A DNA stretch of 7,951 bases from a virus (lineage: Duplodnaviria > Heunggongvirae > Uroviricota > Caudoviricetes), in the IMG/VR virus record IMGVR_UViG_2563366854_000004. One strand, given 5' to 3'. Position numbers and translations under genes: made by a program. This document shows positions 7,398-7,951 of this stretch, in pieces. The notes below the pieces were generated by a model, which was not told the origin of the DNA, ran no database searches, and saw nothing but the letters and a program-made list of their open reading frames with translations. The first letter of the stretch is position 1, and the number at the start of each line of letters is the position of its first letter.

Positions 7398-7718
7398 ATG
7401 CTGCCGCAGCATAGCGATATTGAAATAGCCTGGTATGCTTCGATACAGCAGGAGCCGAATGGCTGGAAGACCGTCACCACACAGTTCTACATCCAGGAAT
7501 TCAGTGAGTATATTGCGCCACTGCAGGATGCTGTAGATCTGGAAATCGCAACGGAGGAAGAAAGATCGTTGCTGGAGGCATGGAATAAATATCGGGTATT
7601 GTTGAATCGTGTTGATACATCAACTGCACCGATATTGAGTGGCCTGCAAATCCTGTCAGGGAGTAATCATTGGGATTATGCCGCAGACACGTCGTATGCA
7701 GGAACGTGCTGCGGTTAG
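7398..7718 (+). pseudogene. Tail fibre assembly protein remnant: unrelated ~35-aa N-terminus fused to a frameshifted Tfa C-terminal segment
   Basis: 106-aa ORF. Residues [42 protein letters not shown] match the tfa C-terminal region ([42 protein letters not shown]); the frame then shifts so the ending differs from intact Tfa. The N-terminal part has no similarity to Tfa. Confidence 0.55.
7502..7716. repeat. Direct repeat copy 2: diverged, frameshifted tfa 3' end plus imperfect hairpin
   Basis: Same orientation as copy 1. It has a 1-bp deletion relative to copy 1 (CACC-GATATTGAG versus CACCTGATATTGAG), changing the frame, and a 1-nt insertion in the 5' hairpin arm (CCGCAGACACG). Confidence 0.8.
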
Positions 7719-7780
7719 TTTGTGAGCTTTCGATAGTGGTTGTTATTTTTGCCCTTATTTGTTCCGGAGGCCATGGTTCA

Positions 7781-7951
7781 ATGGTCCGTCTGCCCCCTGT
7801 GGTGATGTCAGCAAAATCAGCCACTGCGCGAACCACAATAGCCCGGGAAGATGCTGAAGATCACCAGGTAAAGCTGTCAGCGCAGAAACTGGAAGAACTG
7901 CTCGCATCAATGGTTAAGGATGAGGTTGATCGCAATGATGGGATTTATTGA
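7781..7951 (+). CDS. Small hypothetical protein (~56 aa), function unknown
   Basis: ATG at 7781 preceded by GGAGG (7766-7770) at 10-nt spacing; ends with TGA exactly at the window end. Charged, likely helical C-terminus (KLSAQKLEELLASMVKDEVDRNDGIY). The longer TTG-initiated version (7670-7951) starts inside the tfa remnant and is not favoured. No family recognised. Confidence 0.35.
   Translation: MVRLPPVVMSAKSATARTTIAREDAEDHQVKLSAQKLEELLASMVKDEVDRNDGIY

Noticed and set aside
6633-7714. Possibility that the two hairpin-containing repeats are invertase crossover sites flanking an invertible tail fibre segment (Pin/Gin/Cin-type)
   Set aside because: The repeats are in direct, not inverted, orientation, and no recombinase gene is present in the window. 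Homologous recombination or module exchange is the simpler explanation.
7501-7836. 111-aa minus-strand ORF antisense to the tfa remnant and small ORF
   Set aside because: No RBS or promoter evident; it reads through the reverse complement of the conserved tfa 3' repeat, so is probably an artefact of that conserved sequence.
7670-7951. 93-aa TTG-initiated ORF beginning inside the tfa remnant
   Set aside because: It needs a TTG start with no Shine-Dalgarno and overlaps the repeat copy; the internal ATG at 7781 with a GGAGG RBS is the more plausible start if the ORF is real.
1-7951. Looked for CRISPR repeats, tRNA-like cloverleaf regions, IS element terminal inverted repeats and integrase/att sites
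   Set aside because: No regularly spaced short repeats, no tRNA-like structures recognised, and no transposase or integrase ORFs; the only notable repeats are the tfa 3' duplication and codon-level HxH repeats within stf.

Overview
This window reads as the late, tail-distal end of a lambda-like (lambdoid) prophage from an enterobacterial genome, probably defective. All calls are from reading the ORF translations and DNA by eye; no database search or computation was run. From left to right on the + strand: a 5'-truncated phage structural ORF (1-588); four small, translationally coupled head-tail joining genes (591-2088); the C-terminal roughly half of a J-like tail-tip host-specificity protein (2046-3725), abutting the head-tail genes with no major tail, chaperone or tape-measure genes between them; a hairpin/T-run terminator; lom (3793-4392); a second terminator; side tail fibre stf (4544-6034); and tail fibre assembly tfa (6034-6618). 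The most interesting part is the accessory segment after tfa: a visibly AT-rich, opposite-strand gene for a small class I SAM-dependent methyltransferase (6673-7341) with its own sigma70-like promoter, bracketed by two diverged direct copies (~214 bp) of the tfa 3' end plus hairpin. The second copy is frameshifted and forms a tfa remnant (7398-7718). A small unknown ORF follows (7781-7951). No tRNA, rRNA, CRISPR array, IS element or integrase was seen.
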